Notes: generated by a model from the letters alone, not told the origin. Positions 36,622 through 52,100 are shown, counted from the stretch's first letter. The stretch: 64,000 bases of DNA from Ramazzottius varieornatus (GCA_001949185.1 BDGG01000002.1:5508448-5572447), one strand, 5' to 3'. A program made the numbers and translations.

Positions 36622-39386
36622 TCGTCCCGGCAAAGGTGTTCAAAAATTATCTGTCTCGAATTTTAACCGCCGTAGTCAGCACAGCTCCTGACGCGTGGCG
36701 GCTCTGTTAGGCGACGATGAGGTTAAAAATCCCCAAGAGATAGCTTGTTAATTAACTGCGAACAAAGCGGCGTCAATAGACAGTACGTAGTAACGAGATG
36801 GGAGATTACGAGCGGAATATGTCTGCTGCAGCGAGATGGCCTCAATAAACCCTCAGCAGTGACAGACGCCAAAGACTCAGCCGGATAATCCCTTTTACAA
36901 TTCGCTCCCACATACAATGCAGGAGACGTGCATTTAGCTTTAATAGTTGATGACTGACTTGCGTTATCATATGCTACTTCCTTCTGTACTCTGGTTCGTA
37001 CATGTGCGGACGGTTAGGAGGACATCCACGAATTCGGAATGTCGGAAACAACATGCACTGGGACGCCGGAAAACGAGTTGGACACGATCATTTGCCTAAG
37101 AGGCGCACGCTCTCGAACAATAACAATGAACCTGTGCGCCGCTTAAGATGACTGTCATGTTACTTCGTTTGCTGGCGACTTGTGTCATTTCGAAATGAGA
37201 GGAGAGAAAGGATATTTCAATATTTAAGTCAAGAGAGGGGCCACAGAAATTAGCCGCTTGCCGCTGAATGCTAAATGATACAGTGCGATCAGCATGAAGC
37301 TGCTTATAGTCAGTATCTGTCCCCATCATTAAGTCAGCAGGGGACCTTTCCTGGGAAGCAGAGGACTCTCGTGCCGGATATGTCGATGGACGCATGTTGG
37401 CCCGCAAATCCGGCCACTTTAACGGAACTACGGGAAGAGTCCACGGAGAAAGGGATAGGGAATGTCTGGTGAACCTTAACGGACCACCTGCAGCCAGCCC
37501 TTTGTCTAAAGGCTAGTTGCCATGATTAGTTCTGGAGCACTGGTCATCCAAACGATGAACACAGCCAACGTCGTTCCGGTCAACTCTTCCCTAATTTCAT
37601 TCACTCATCTTACACTGAAGTGACTGGACCAACTTCTTTCCTCCCACATGCGCACGTACGACGCCCGAGGATAACCATCAGCGCACTACCAAATGCATTT
37701 CTCTTTTCCAATTTTAGGATTCGTGGAATATTCAATGGTACTCGTACCTGAACAAGGCAGACGAGCTACGGTTCCGTTCACGAATCGAGCTCGAGCCCCA
37801 TCATTCATGATTACAGTATCTTCAACCCCACGGTACGAGTAGTTCTCCTACACTGGTGGAAAAGAATATGCAGCTCAAATCATCCCATCACTCCGACAAG
37901 GGTTCTCGAGGCAAACGGTCCGCTTCCCACTAAGACTTAGGTCGTGCGAAGTCCGGCAAAGGAAGCGTGCACAAATGCCAAAGTCGCCATCCGCCTTTTA
38001 GCTGCATCGCGCCGAGTTGTATAGGCTTATAAGTGGCGCTGGTGGCAATGTTTAAATTAAAATGATGCAGTTTTATGGGTGTTTCAATTTCCACTCTTAA
38101 CAGTCTACGGTTCTCGATATTGCAGGGCGCGGTTTCAAGGCATGGAGGCGACTCTCGTTACAATTCCTGTCTCTGAACAAACCGGGCAGTCGAATGTTTC
38201 GGTGACGGTTTCGCCCTGCCGTAATGAGATGGTCGGGGTTCCCGCAGGTGGCGTTGCTGGCGCTGACAGACTATCAGTAGTGCTACTGATCATCGCGCAC
38301 TGAGCCACGTGATGAGTCACCGCTGCCCGGTGGGATCAGATGTTATCATTCTAGCCTCACTGACTCTCACCCGGGCATCATTTACTGTTCACGTGGTTGA
38401 GTGCGCGATAAACTGAGGGAGTTTTAATCAGCTTCAGTCGATACCATCAGCGAGACTACAGTTGCGCTGGTCTTTGATTATGGCTTCTTCCATAATCGAA
38501 AACAAAGCAGCCCTTAATGTGGCAATCGTGACGTATACATCATACAGTGGTGACAAATTCTACGGTGGTTGTTGTAGTCGCTACTGGTTGCTTCAAAGTA
38601 ACGTTTGGAGTTCTTCACAAGTAACCAAGGCTAACGAAGAAACGAGCGATATATGCTCTCCGGTCATTGGCGGAATTGCTGAGGAGGACGAGGAGGCTCA
38701 GGTGGGAAGAATAGTCCAGACATCTTGAAACAGGCCACTGGTGCTTCGTTTGAAGCTTCGAGCTGAAAATACGCAAACTCGTTCTCGCTGGTAAGGTTTT
38801 GGGGTAAGCAAGCAGGCGACTGGAACGTGCGGGTCCAAGTATTCTAAGCCGTAGTATTCGACACGGCGCTTTGCAGACTTGAGAATATCTCAGATTGCCA
38901 TGTAAAAGTAAATGGAACAGCAACCAAGGTCCAAAGCGGATATACGGTTGATACAAAATCGAAATGAACTGGCTAACCAATCTTCATGATTAGACATTTA
39001 GTGATTTTCTCAGTATACACATACGGCACCTCCAAACTTCCACGAAAGAAAACGCCGGCATGAGAAAAGAAGAGCAAAAAGTGCCTAGATGACTGGAAAA
39101 CTCAGCTACCGATAAAGTCAGCACCATCGAAGAGATTGAACTGTTGCGGTCACGCATCATATTCAAGGCATGATACGCTGCAACCGGCAGGACGACCTTG
39201 AGATTATCCATAGAGGTGCAGCTAAAGAAGAACTACACAGTACCATCGTTAGAACCATATGAACAGGAAGAGATTGCCACTACACTGTCACTCGTACACA
39301 TATAATCTAGTACCGCTGAAGTGGGAAACCAGAAGAACCACTGCAAGCAACAACACACCAAAGGACGACCGTCGATCCAGAAGAAT

Positions 39387-42074
39387 CTAGGTCGGTGCTA
39401 TTTTCCGTAGACGACAGCCTTGTGCGTCGTGTATGAACTCGACCTCGGGGTACTTCTTAATATTTTCGTACAACTTCTTTAGGTCTTGCAGCGTCAACGT
39501 ACTTGTATTCAGTTGTACTTCCGTGGCGTCGGAAACCGTAAGGGTATGCAGCATTTGCTCCACCATCAGACTTGTTGGGCTTGGATTGTCATGACGTACT
39601 TTTTCTGGACGGTCGTAGACGTTTTCCTTCTGTTCAATTGGCATGACAGCAGGGACCTTGACTCTGCTTTCCGTCTTGACCATGTCGCCTATCATTCGCT
39701 TGTACAGCTCTTGTTCCCTTTCTTTCTCTTTGCGCTCGTCCCCTTGTATTTTCTTGAGCAAGGCGGGGAACACGGCGCTTTCCGGGTAGACGGCTAGTGC
39801 TCTGCGAAGCAACAGCTGGGCTTCCTTTGTCGACTTGAGCTCGATCAGCGCCAAAACCCTTAGTTCCAACGCCTGCGAGGATAATATGTATCCTTTATAG
39901 CTTCTCGGATATCAGCTCAAAATGCAGTAAATGGGACCTAGCCAAACAAACTAGGTCTCCAACGACCAGATCGTAGTCCCCAGTGGCTCATACGGTATCT
40001 TCATCAATAAGGGCCTTCAAGGACTATACTGGCTTGTTGGTGTAATTACACCAGCAAGTTTGGCGAATACGTGCCGAGAATTTTTCTGACCAGTTAAAAA
40101 AGCGGTGTGACGGCTCGCTTTGGAAGCTCCGAACTGCAGGTAAATACGATCGGAGGACATATCTCTGATGTTGCAGGAACCACCAAACACTCACCACTAG
40201 CAGGAGAAGTGAGAAACTTCATCATGGAAGTGCGGCGAGCTCCGACATTATTTATTGTGTTCAATTTAACACACAATTTTACAGCGTAAGTTTTGAATAT
40301 GCTGGTTCATTCGTTGCGTGTGTGAACATAGTTTTAGGCCTCTCGTACCTTTCGGTGGCTTTTGTTCATGCGAAGCACGTTACCAGTATGGAACATCACA
40401 GCTTTTGGCAACTTGAGCTTATGCGCAACCACCGCACCGTTGGAGAAAGCTTCGCACAGGAGTTTCAGCCGTTGCAGGTCCTCTTCCTCGTTTGCAACAT
40501 GGCAGTGTTCGAGCAAGTCTATAGCCTTCGCAAAGAAAAGACAAACCACCGAGTTGCGATATAACTTTCAACAAGCAAAAGTTGTGAGAAGCACCGTCCT
40601 ACCCATCTTTGGTAGCATTGAGCTCGTCGGTATTCCGCCTGCTGGTAGAAAAACTTGACTCGGCGAGCGCACTTGCTTAGGGCCTTCTTGATTTCTGAGA
40701 AGGTTAGCTCTTCTCGTTGTTCGGGCGACATCTTCATCATCTGTTCCAGTGCGTCGTTGGGAGCGATGCTGACCAGCTCGATGAAGTAGAAAACATCGGC
40801 TCCGCCAGGATATCGCGGCGGACAGCCGACCTTACCTTAACAATAAAATAATCCTCGCAAGTTTTGAGAACTAAATTGATCTATTGCGACATTGAAGGGA
40901 AAAGACTATACCATAGGTGAGACTGCTGGAAACAATAAAGATGGAAACTTCTTGCTGCGTCATGGACTTGATGGCCATCTCGAATCCTGGCAAAGCGCTA
41001 CCCGTCTCCAACCTACAAACACAATATGAGCAGTTTATTGAAAAGGCTTGTTATACTTCACATGTGTACTGGAAAAGCCAGCCAGAATATAACAGTTATT
41101 CAATAATGTATGAGAGCTCGACAAACGAACTGGATCCGACCGCATTTCAAAGTGGCGCACGTTTACAGTGATATTGGCAGGAAGTATGCGCCACTCGTAG
41201 AAAGGATGTGGTCGAGATCGTTCACCAAGCTCACATCTTACTGGAGCTTGAGATGTTTCCTCATTGCGCGAGAATATGCAATGTCGACAGGTTCGTCCGC
41301 AAATTCCACATATGCGGCGTAATGGACAACCACAATCTCGTTGTCCTTGACGGGTATTCCGGAACCAGGTTTGACGATGTGCTTGTAAATGTACCGCGAA
41401 GGATTGCTTCCTTCGACGATGAGGTCCATGGACTTGGACAGCCGACTGAAGACGCTGATGTCTTCGTTGCCAGCATCTTCGCCATCCGGCAGATAGAACT
41501 CGGGATACGGCGCCCAAAGTCCTGTCTGATACTGGGTCCACAAGAACTTCATATGTGCATCGTCACGGGCTTCGCGAGAAGATTCCTTTGGGAGAGAAGT
41601 GTCCCCATCTTCAGGATGGCTTTCGAAGTCGAGCTCAAAGGCGTTTCCGAACTTCACTTTCGCGGACGCTGGAAAGAGCGTTATATTTTTTAATCCTGTC
41701 ATTCGTTTCTAGGTACTAGCGTCCAGAAGAGAACGTGTGTACTGTGGATAGAAATCGTACCTTGAACACTGACAGGTTCCAGTGGACCATATAGCTGATC
41801 TGCGAATTCGGAATCAAGGTTCAGATCGCCGTCGGGGTCGTCCAGGTTGTCCAGTTGATTCCCCACTGAAGATTCCAGTTCAGCGTGTTCCAGCTGATCC
41901 ACCTAGGTTAATCAGTTGAACGTCAGAGTTTGAACTGGATGAAACTGAATGCTTCAGCTGCAACCTGCAGCCGCAGGTGAATTAAGTCAGCTGACTGTGG
42001 CTCACCTTGTCCGACGCAGTGTCGGTAATCGAAGAATACCCAGCTTCCGGTCTACGGACATGAGAAGGTTCCAT
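39387..42074 (-). CDS. FKBP6: FKBP6/shutdown-like FKBP-TPR co-chaperone (piRNA pathway family), 7 exons
   Basis: FKBP domain FSRLSKSM...IYKHIVKPGSG...VVVHYAAYVEFADEPVD...LPGFEMAIKSMTQQEVSIFIVSSSLTYGKVGCPPRYPGGADVFYFIELV, followed by TPR-like helices (AIDLLEHCHVANEEED...). The N-terminal exons and start codon are less certain. Confidence 0.85.
41114..41232. repeat. Palindromic interspersed element (FKBP6 intron)
   Basis: AGTGGCGCACGTTTACAGTGATATTGGCAGGAAGTATGCGCCACT core; outer GAGCTCG...CAAGCTC. Confidence 0.75.
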
Positions 42075-43124
42075 AACGAAAACAGGGAGCTGTTCAAACA
42101 ACGAGCGCCGATCCACAAAATAACTACGATCAAGGTGCAGCGCATTTGCCGGAAGCGCGCGAATGCTCTTGCTGTTCACAGCTTAGGCGGAGTTGATCTA
42201 CTCGGACTGCTCCTCTCCCGAAGACATCGTGAATAGGACATCACTTGATGATCCGATGCGGGACATGGGAGCCAAAATGCCGGAGTGATCAGTGAGGAAA
42301 CTGATAAGAGCGAATCCTGCCTATTCTGAACCGCGAAACGCAGAGGAATCGAGAAAAGCGAAGGTGGAAATGGAATCTGGAAAGAGGAAAACTGCCGACT
42401 GTGCCGACTCTGGCCCACTGCAATTGTGAGGCGCCTTGATTGATTTGATAGGAGGAAGAGTAACTGTTTCCATAAACTGTCGACTGACGACAGTGACGCC
42501 ACCGCCCACCTTTTCTGACTCGTGAGATACACACTGCATAGGCATCCTGAACCTGATCCTCTGGGTCACCATAGACATCACAGGCTCTTCGAGATCTCAC
42601 CAGTCTTGCTAGTATTATTGACGAATTCGATGATGCACAGTTTCCCCTACCAAACATCTCAATAAGGTTCTACAACGACGAGGATTCTTGTTCGGGTTCC
42701 AGAGTTCGCCGAAGATCGTTCGGATCTCTGTAAACCACTCTTTTCAGTTTGCCAAAGCCGAGCGCCACAGTTTTCTCAGTTTATTCTCAGTTTAATTGAA
42801 GCCAGTCACAAGGTATCTCAAATTACAAGCTATCCGGTGGTTAAAACAACAAAAAGAATCAAAACATTCTTCCGTGCGGTTCAACCAGCATGTCACCCAA
42901 TGGAAAAAGTTCTACTGTCGATGGCAAAGCGTAAGTACAAAATGCAGTTTGGTCGTTTACAAGAGGAGATTAAAAATGAATTAAAAAGCACCAGATAAAA
43001 CAACAATTGCTGTCAGACAAATACGTCGCGAAACCAAGACTTCCAAAGTCTAGTTTGGTGTCGCGCAAGGAAAGACACGGGAGAGGACAAAGAGGACAAA
43101 ACATCGATCGGGTTTTCAGTGCGC

Positions 43125-46100
43125 TTACATTCTATTCTCAGCGTTCATCAACTGGACCACTTGCAGCAGACGATTGGGCAATCTGTCCCTGCTTGAAAAG
43201 TCATCTTGGTTGAGAGCCGTCATGAGAGGATCCATGTGCTTCTTCGCGTATGTGAAGAGTTCGAGCAGAGCTGGCCGTGTGTGGAAGTCATGCTTATGGG
43301 CCTACAATGAAGGCATCAGGTGGATTACTGGAAACAACGACTAAGTTATCCGGGAACATTAAAGTCCGTACCTTGGATTCGTGTGTGAGCATCTGACTAA
43401 AGTCTTGTTCCGTCACTTCTGGCAGCTTGTACTTGATGTCGTCGTAGTAGGAACGAACCCATTCTTGGTAGACTCCGATATCCTTCGCGAAAAGAAGTTT
43501 ACTTGAGGGGCTATCTTTGCTCAACTTGAGATCCGACGTGCTGCAGCTTTCCATTAGAGCTTGTGCAATGACTGAAAGACAGGAATCCGCGCTGTTCGAC
43601 TGCAACATAAATTAGTCTTCGTTAGACAAATTCAATGACGAAGGTTAGACCGAATGTAACCTACCTTGTGAATATTGAACAGGAAATTCGGGTTCTTGAT
43701 CAGGTTGACCCAGAACCTCAACGGGAGACTGTTACTCTTCCACGTATGGACCACTTCCGGGTCCTGAATTTCATGATGGAGAGCTTGGTCGTCCAGGAAG
43801 TCAAAGAGGTACTTGACAGCTAGCGGGAAGCCATGGTTGCTGAAGCTGGTTGACAGTACAGTCTCGAAAACCTCGTCAATGAACTTCTTGAGCGTGGTCT
43901 TGGTTGTCAGCAGTCGTGTTAAGTAAATCTCGGTGACCATCTTGCTTCCACGCTTGGTGGTGCCATCACGACTTTGATGTCCGTCTTGACTGTCATGCGG
44001 TTTGACCAGGTGCCATTGTTTGACTCCGTGCTCAAGATCACCATCACCCCGAACAAAGGGTGACTGGCCTCGCACTGGACTTGACTTATGCGAGGCGAAA
44101 GACTTGTCGGATCTACAACAGTTAAACCACTTGTCAGTAATAAGACACTCGCACAACATTATGTCATCCTAGAAGAATAATAGGCCGATCCACTTACTTA
44201 TCAGACATGATGGTCAGGTTGTAAAAGTTGGTATGTTTGGGAACCAGGACGAAAGCAGCGCCGTCGTTGACGTGGTAGTGAGCCAGCGTGTTCAGCCGTC
44301 TCCACTGTACACCCCCACCGCCGGATTCCGTCACCGAAGTCTGGTCTTCGTCCTGAAGAGGACACCTCCCAGCTTGTCCTGTTCGCCATTCAAGGTCCAG
44401 GTTCTCTGGCCGTGGGCGTCTCGAGTACGGCGTGTTCCTGTAGACGACATCAAGAGCCTTCTCCTTGACTTGTGTGACTGAGTCACAGTCCAGAACCTTG
44501 ACTGGGTAGTCGGAGTGGTTGTGTTCCGGATCGACACACGACACATAGATCAACTGCGAGGGAAAATACCGTGATAAAATGGTCGAAGATAAACAACATC
44601 GATTATTTCATTGAATAAAACACATACCAGTTTTTTGTAGTCAATCTTCTGTCGAATCAGCTTTTCTTCGCTGAGCGAGTATTTGGCATCGCTAGTAATG
44701 TAATCAACCGGTCCTTTCTCAATCTGCATTTGAACAGCTCGATAGAGCAGATATAAGCGGCCACCAGCCACTTCCTGTAACAACAAAAGACCTCATTTAG
44801 CAGCCTGACAATGGAAGTAACCGAAGATTTCAAAATACGCCTCACTATATTGTACCTTGAGGAAAGGATAAAGGAGAAATGTTAGCCAAGCACTCAGCAT
44901 CTTTTCCGCCACCGACTCATTCCTTCGCATTAGCAACTTCAAGCTGGGGTTGCTTTTGCCGTCGACACATTTCTCGATGAGCTCAGCCAACAAGGTCTTC
45001 AAGATATCGGTGCAGTAGACCATGTCGCTCTGTAGGACTGCCATCAGCAAGGAAGCCACATTGACTCGGTCTCTCATGCCGAAGTACCGATTGCCTTCCA
45101 GAGTTCGAATGAATGTCAGCAAGAAGGCCTTGTTCAGTAGCAGGCCACCGAACAGCTTTAGTCCATTGTCAATGTTCTGCTTCCTGGCTGGATCAACCGC
45201 CATCTCACCAGTCATGACTGGGTGAGTGTCGGCATTCGGGAACAAGACTTTGGCCACGTACCATCGATAATCCCTAAATAAAATAATCGAATGAGATAAA
45301 GTGCTATATGCAGAAAGAGATCAGATTAGCTACCTGAAGGGGATGCCTCCGGTGCTGAGGTCCGCTGTCCAGTCCGTGATGTCAGTCTGCAGTTCAGCAA
45401 AGGCTTCTTTACACTCACTGGCCACTTGCAGTTCCAAGACGTCGATCTGATCTTGCATGGTCTTGAGGACTCTGGTACTTTCCGTGGCTTTTCGCTTGTA
45501 AGCCACGAAGAAGGCGATGACCAACAGGGCCAGGATGCCACATCCCACACTGATGCCGATGATAACTTCAGTCGAGAAGATGAAGGCGTTGGTCAGCGGC
45601 TGATACGACATGAAGCCGATGGAAAAATTCTTCGTATCTCCAATGATCACCCTATAAGAGAAACCCTGATCAGTACGGGAGATGCTTTCATATTAGAAAT
45701 GAAAGACAGACCTGACTTCCGGCAGCGCGCCAATCCTTGCTTGTCCATCAGGTCCACGTGCCGTGGGTTCATTATCCGGTGGTCGACACGTCAGTTGCTT
45801 CCGCGAGAGGGAGGTGATGTTACAAAAACTCATGCCCACTTCCACGACGTAGTCCTCCATCTTGTACGCTTGGTTCAGGTTCTCCCCTTCGATGAACAAG
45901 TACTCGCTCTTGTGGTACTTGATCCCGTTGGCATCCGTAAAGTTCCTCACGACCGGGTCCGGATACAGCTGGAACTTCTCGAACGTCTTCCCTTCTGCTC
46001 TTGTCAAGTTCCTCAAGGGCAAGACACCATCCATCACGAAGCCATAATCAACCTCAAGAGGCCGCTCTCCGTCCATCCTCGCCGTGTAGTACTTGGTTGT

Positions 46101-49100
46101 CAGGTTGGTTAAATCCATCGCTTGAGGAGTTCGACATTCCATATGCTTACTCGATATCACCTCACACGGTCCCGTGTATTCCTTCCCTCCAAAGGCAAAG
46201 ACTATCTGAGGACGAGACGCCACGTTCAAGTTGGTACCCTCGACATACACAACACTCCCACCGAAAGGAGTCCCTCGTGGTCTGTTATCTGTTTGCCCTG
46301 ACCCATACGACCACACTTTCGTAATCTCGGGATCGGCAACATACTCGAACAAGACGTCTTCCAGGACTCTTTCCCCCCGATCTAACGTCACCCTCACTTT
46401 CATCTTATCCAAAGTACTCGCGGCTGAGGTGCTACAGACGATCTCGGAAGCGTTACGGCCAATGATGGTACATGGACTTGTGCCGATGTTGACGGAAGGC
46501 GAACTGCCGGCGTTCAAGTACCGACCGGTGATGGTTAAAACTGTCCCGCCGGAACGTGGGCCTGACCGAGGGTGGATTTGGAAGAGTTTGGGATCGACGT
46601 ACGTAAACTTGGTGGGAGAGATGGCGGTGAACTGGTTGGCAATATTGACGGTAACATCGCCACTGTAGGCTAGCTCGCCAACTGGTGGCTCGATGGCGTC
46701 AGTCTCGCAGACTATGGTGGAAGTCCGCTCGTAGTGCTCGGGAAGGACAGTGCAACGGCGTCCGGCCACTTGCACTCCGTTAACGATGTCGCCGAAACTC
46801 TTTCCCAGATTAACCTGCGAGAGATTAAGCCACTAAAATTCCTGATCCTAATTTTGGTTGGTTTTCGGAAATGATTACCCCTTCGATGGTCAGCTTTGTT
46901 CCGCCTTCCCAAGGTCCAACCGACGGTGAAAAGCGTATAATTTCTGGGTTGGGACACGTGGAATTTCTGTTGAGCCAGTTCGTCGGACAATGGTTCGTGA
47001 CCTGAATAATGCGAGAGAAATTTGAATGAATAGAGCGCGCGTACTGCTTAGTTCATAATTTCGTGCGCAACTGTTATTATGTGGCTAGTTACTTGTCATT
47101 CAAACATCTATGGTTACTTTACAAGTCGACGAACCTGGCAAGTTTTCTCACACCAGCCACATTCAAATTCCACCGGCAAGTCAAGGCAGAAGCCGCAGTT
47201 GGACGACATGGCGGCGCATTTGTACATGAGGACAGTTAGACTGTTGGGGTTGTCAAGAGGCTTCTCTTCTCCCCAAGCAATCTCAAACTTGGCGGTGGCG
47301 TTCGGTGCAAGGTGCAAGTAGCTAAATCGGAGCGGAGAACAGGTGATTAAGTCGGAGACCACACTGGCTTCCGTTCGCTCCACCCGTCCATCAATGTAGA
47401 ACAGGCAGTCGAAACGTGACTGGAAAGGCTGGATATTCTCCACCCGCACCGTCACCTGCCGTAACAGCCCGGATGGAACCAGGATGTACGAGTCGTGTAG
47501 GAAATCATTGGCGGGTCTTATGCGTGGACAAAAGTCCGGTCCGCTGCGTGAGCTGTACCCACTGCGATTCTGTCCGTTCACCAGGTAGTTGTTACGGCAG
47601 TTCTCACCGGCATCATGCGTACACCGATGTCCTTGCACACACCTAAAATTCAATGTCCACGTTAATAACCAATACAACTTCTGAAATAAATTATTATTTG
47701 GGTGCTGGTCAAAGACCGCTCTCTCAAGTGGCGCACACTTTCCAGCTAAAACCACTGAAAACGTGCGCCACTTGAGAGGACGATCTTGTACGGTTAGTTT
47801 GATAGCCTTTCCATTTATTTATTTTTGCTTTCATTGATTTCCTAATTTCTATAGAGCTTTAGAGCTCTTCAGCAGATTCCACACAGCGTACCAGTCACAC
47901 GGGTAGGGACTGGACACGCAGTTGTCACAGTCCGACAGAGCGGCGCAATCGTAGAAGGTGACGTTTGTGGTTGAAAAGTCAGGTCCCCCACCGAGCATGC
48001 GAAAAGACAAGCGCGCCGACACAGCGTGCTCCCCATCTGGGATCTCCGGCAGGAGGTCGACACGAGGTGTCGCACAAGAGATGCCATCAGAGGTCCGTGA
48101 AGCGTTGGTCTCCAATGGAGAACTACCCTCGAAGGCGAAAACACACACAAAGGCTTCGGGTAGCGTTGGAAGGTTGTCAATCGTCAATGCCAGCTGTGAA
48201 AACCAAAATGTGACCTATCTCTGACTTTTCCATTGTTTACCGCAGGTTTTGTCAGATGACGATCTGGTATGTCAATCATGTCATGTTCAGTTGGGTCGCC
48301 GGTCTCATAAGTTTGATCCTCGCAATAAAGAATTCTTACCGTTCGCGCTGTTGTTCTTTGTATCTGGTTGGGTGTAACCGCGGCGATACGCGTGCACTTT
48401 TGACTTTTATAGCTTATCCAATAAGCGCTGTCAGCCTTGACTGCGCTGCACGCTGCCCGAAGGCCACATCTACAATACACAAAAAATCATGTCAGGTGTC
48501 AGTCAGAAAGGCAAAGAATATTGTATCAGAGTTATTACTCATAATTGTGAACATAAATGAGTCGTAATTAAACCAAGGAACAATTTTACGACCAGTAAAG
48601 CCAGGAGCCATCTCTCACGACCTCGGCGCAGAGCTTCTCTATGCACGCTGTTTCCTTCGGTCGATTCTTCGGCCTAAGTTTCTTGTATTCTGAGCTCCTT
48701 CTTCTCTTCAGAATCTGTGATGTTTGCTCTAAGTTTGGGCCCCAATGGATTCGGATTCGGCGAAAAGGAAATTGAGTTGTTCACGCCGGCAACGTTTATC
48801 TTTCAACCGCACCGTGTCACTTTCTCATTTTCTTGGTTCGCCCAAGTCGTTAATTACCAGCTCAGAAGTATTTACTCACGCAGCATATTCAAGTAAATGG
48901 ATATTCAAGGCCAATTACAAGGCAGACAAAGCCTGGCCGCCGGCAATAGCAATTACCAGATGCATGGTGTTTGTGTTGCTAACAAAGCCGATGAAAAGAA
49001 AGCCACAGTCGCGGGAGAAATTCCTGGTCAGCGCGGTATGTGCCATCGGACACGTTGTCGAGGAGCCTTGCGCCGACCCCCGTCTCTTGTACAGTGTAGC

Positions 49101-52100
49101 AAAAAATTAACCGTCGAAATGGGTGTCAGAAGGAACCAGATGGAAATGGCCATTGGAATTTGCGCATGCGGCGAATCAAAACCGTTATTGGTCACAGGAT
49201 AATTAAGCTCCCGTTTAATTGTCACGCCCATTATCGACGGTTAATTTTTTGGTACACTGTATCACATCAGTTTTCGCTTCTTTCTTTCTTGCTGGTTCTC
49301 ATCATGACTGCTACCCTTGACTAGCCCTGCTTTGCTTCACTCTGTCTTTCATCCAATGATGCTATTTGGACAAGCCGATCTGTCTTATTAAGCTGCCTGC
49401 AATATGCTAGTTAGCTCATCCAACAAAGCGAATTTCAAGAACTGGGTCCGGCTTCTATTTCCAGTTGCACTGAACAAACAATCACCAACCGGCAGCAATG
49501 ACGCTTTGTAAATGTCAGACGCCCGTCCAACCGCATCTTAGAAAGCAGCTTACCGGTCAGCAGCACTATAACGCACTCGGGCCGTCACGAAAGGAGAGAG
49601 AAAAAACCGGCTTATCCGTCTGAACCAAGCACAGCAACTCAAAAACTCAAACAACCGTGAAGCTATCAAAGCAAAGTACTGACCATTCTAGTCCTGAAAA
49701 GAAACACTTCACCATTCCCTCTTGTATATCGGCCTACAAAGACCTGAGCAAAAGTGCGTCTGATCATCGGGGAAAATCTTCAAATCATCCTCGCGGCCTT
49801 TTCAACTCTGTACACTGATCAACTAATTCCATCATCCAATTTGATTATAATTCGAGTCACGATACTCTTGTAATGGAAGCCGTGAATCTTGGCCTAGGGC
49901 AAACTTCATTGTGGCAACCAAAGGAATATTAACTTGGCTCATTATCTTTCTGCGCGTTTATGGCAAACCACAGGAACATGCACATGGGTCTCCATAGTAC
50001 CATTATTTCGATCAAAGCTACGCGCCCGTCTCGTTCCCTCCATACGTACTACACGATAACAAATCAAGCCTAATTACAGATTATGAATCTGATACGCTTC
50101 GTCTGCATCTACGGCATCGCATAGAATGCTACATGTCGCTCCCTCGAGTCGCCATGTCAGATTGATGGAGTCTTAATGAGATTCGGTCTTGTGCAAAGTT
50201 CCGCGAGAGCGAGCGAGCGAGCGAAAGTACTTGGACCAGATCAGCCTCCGTCGAAACAATGGCGACCATTAACAGCCCCCACTTTCGTTCTTTTGTTCGA
50301 TAAAGCGCATAGTTTCGGCCCATCAAAAAATTCTTGCGACTTTTATCATTCATAACGAGAGGGCCAAGAATGGAGGGCAAGAGGGTGGGTTATCGGTGGC
50401 GCCACTGCCGTGTTTGATGGGAGTAATTCGAGACGGGGCTTATAAGCTTTCCCAGGGTGTCTGTCCTGCGTTTGACCAGCCTGGTAACACCCGCCACTGA
50501 TCCAGCCCAAAAGTGTAAAATCCTTGTGACAAGCATCCATCTGACACATTTCATAGCTGGGAGACAACAAATATCAGCTTAAATTACCCGAGATACCATA
50601 ACAAATATTCCGCACGCGGAAGACTGTTACAGTATATGCGCTATTGAGAACCGTAATATGGGGCAGTTAAGTTACGTGTTAATGCGGCGGAAGCAAATAA
50701 GGTAATTGGATGCTCTAGCTCATTTTTCGTGTGTAACCACCACCTGTATTTCCAACACGATCAACGTGACTTTTTCCAACAGGAAGTAGTGTGCTGCGTG
50801 AACGAGATTGTTCATCACGCTTAAGTTTCGAATGAACCATATCTCACTGTGAGAGAGATGCATGCGTGCACCAGTTTACAGCCATTAAACCTCGGTAACT
50901 GCAGCAGGAAGAAAGGCAGCTCGACCTCAATTTAGCAATCTCCTGCGCTCTAAACGGAAATAATCATGTATCAGGGAAGAGCTAAACCTGAATTTAAACA
51001 AAGAAGGGGACTTTATGCTTTTTGCAGCAGGCTCATCAAGGAAGCTAGGCACGACTTGAACAGCTCACTTACTTGTTCTCAAGAGAACACCAGCCACAAT
51101 ATGGGTCAGCTGCCCCCAGACAATCCCCGCAGTTTGTGTAAACCGAGCAATCTTCAACACGCAGCTTGCTGACCTGTTGACAGAAAGAAAAGACGAAACA
51201 TTGTTAGAATTGACTTATCGAAATACATCTGTCGAAGAACGGGCCAAACTATGTACCAACCTTTGCTTGTGTGGCTACATAAATGAATTCCTTCGTCGGG
51301 GACAACTGCATGTCCGCCAACACAGGATTTCCGTCCTCAACAGGAACTTCCGCGTACTCTCGCCCAGAAAATCTCGATTCCACCACCACCTGTAAAAATA
51401 AGAAGCACAAATATAATCCCTGAATTTCCGCTGTAATTCTCCCTGATAATTTTTTTACTGCGCCAGAGTTTCGGCTTGCATTTTTTCCCTTTCCTGGCCA
51501 CTCTGGCGTAGAAGAGACTCATAAATCTCTGCTTGTAAAGTATTAATAACCGACGCCTTGCAGTCCTGCTCTTGACATATCGGAGCAGACAATCTAATTT
51601 CGATTTTATTACAACCTCAATTCACTGGACATAAATCAGTTGACACGAGTCGACGAGCCGTACTATAATCGTCCAACAAGCCCTTTATCTCGGGGGATAG
51701 TGTTCAAAAATCTTGTTTATGCCAACATGTTGACTTAATTCTTCAAAGCTGTGCGCTGAGAGGCGCTCCAGCAGTCTTCCAGAGAATGGAGAAAATCTTG
51801 ACCAGCCACATCTGCCGGCTGCATGTCATACATATGCATAGTAGTCGAAACTTCCATCAATATCATCATTTCCACTTTGCTAAACCTCAATAACTGCCAT
51901 TATTCCGCAATGTTTCCTACTGTACCATGTAGACTCCCCTCTGTGCTCAGTGAACATCTAAGTTGCTTCCACTGCCTTACGGCGACCCGTCAGGGTCTTT
52001 TTTACCGTTTTGTCAAAAGCATAACTTCCCTAAGCGTTGCTCTTTGCGGTGATGTTTATTTCCTTGGAAAATTGTCTTATTTTTTGAGCAGGCCCGACAT

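Noticed and set aside
38615-39380. Hydrophobic minus-strand frames just 3' of FKBP6
   Set aside because: Multiple stops and no identifiable homology; may be UTR or an unrecognisable relic.
45426-46668. Long plus-strand ORFs (228 aa and 145 aa)
   Set aside because: They are antisense shadows of Plexin A coding exons.
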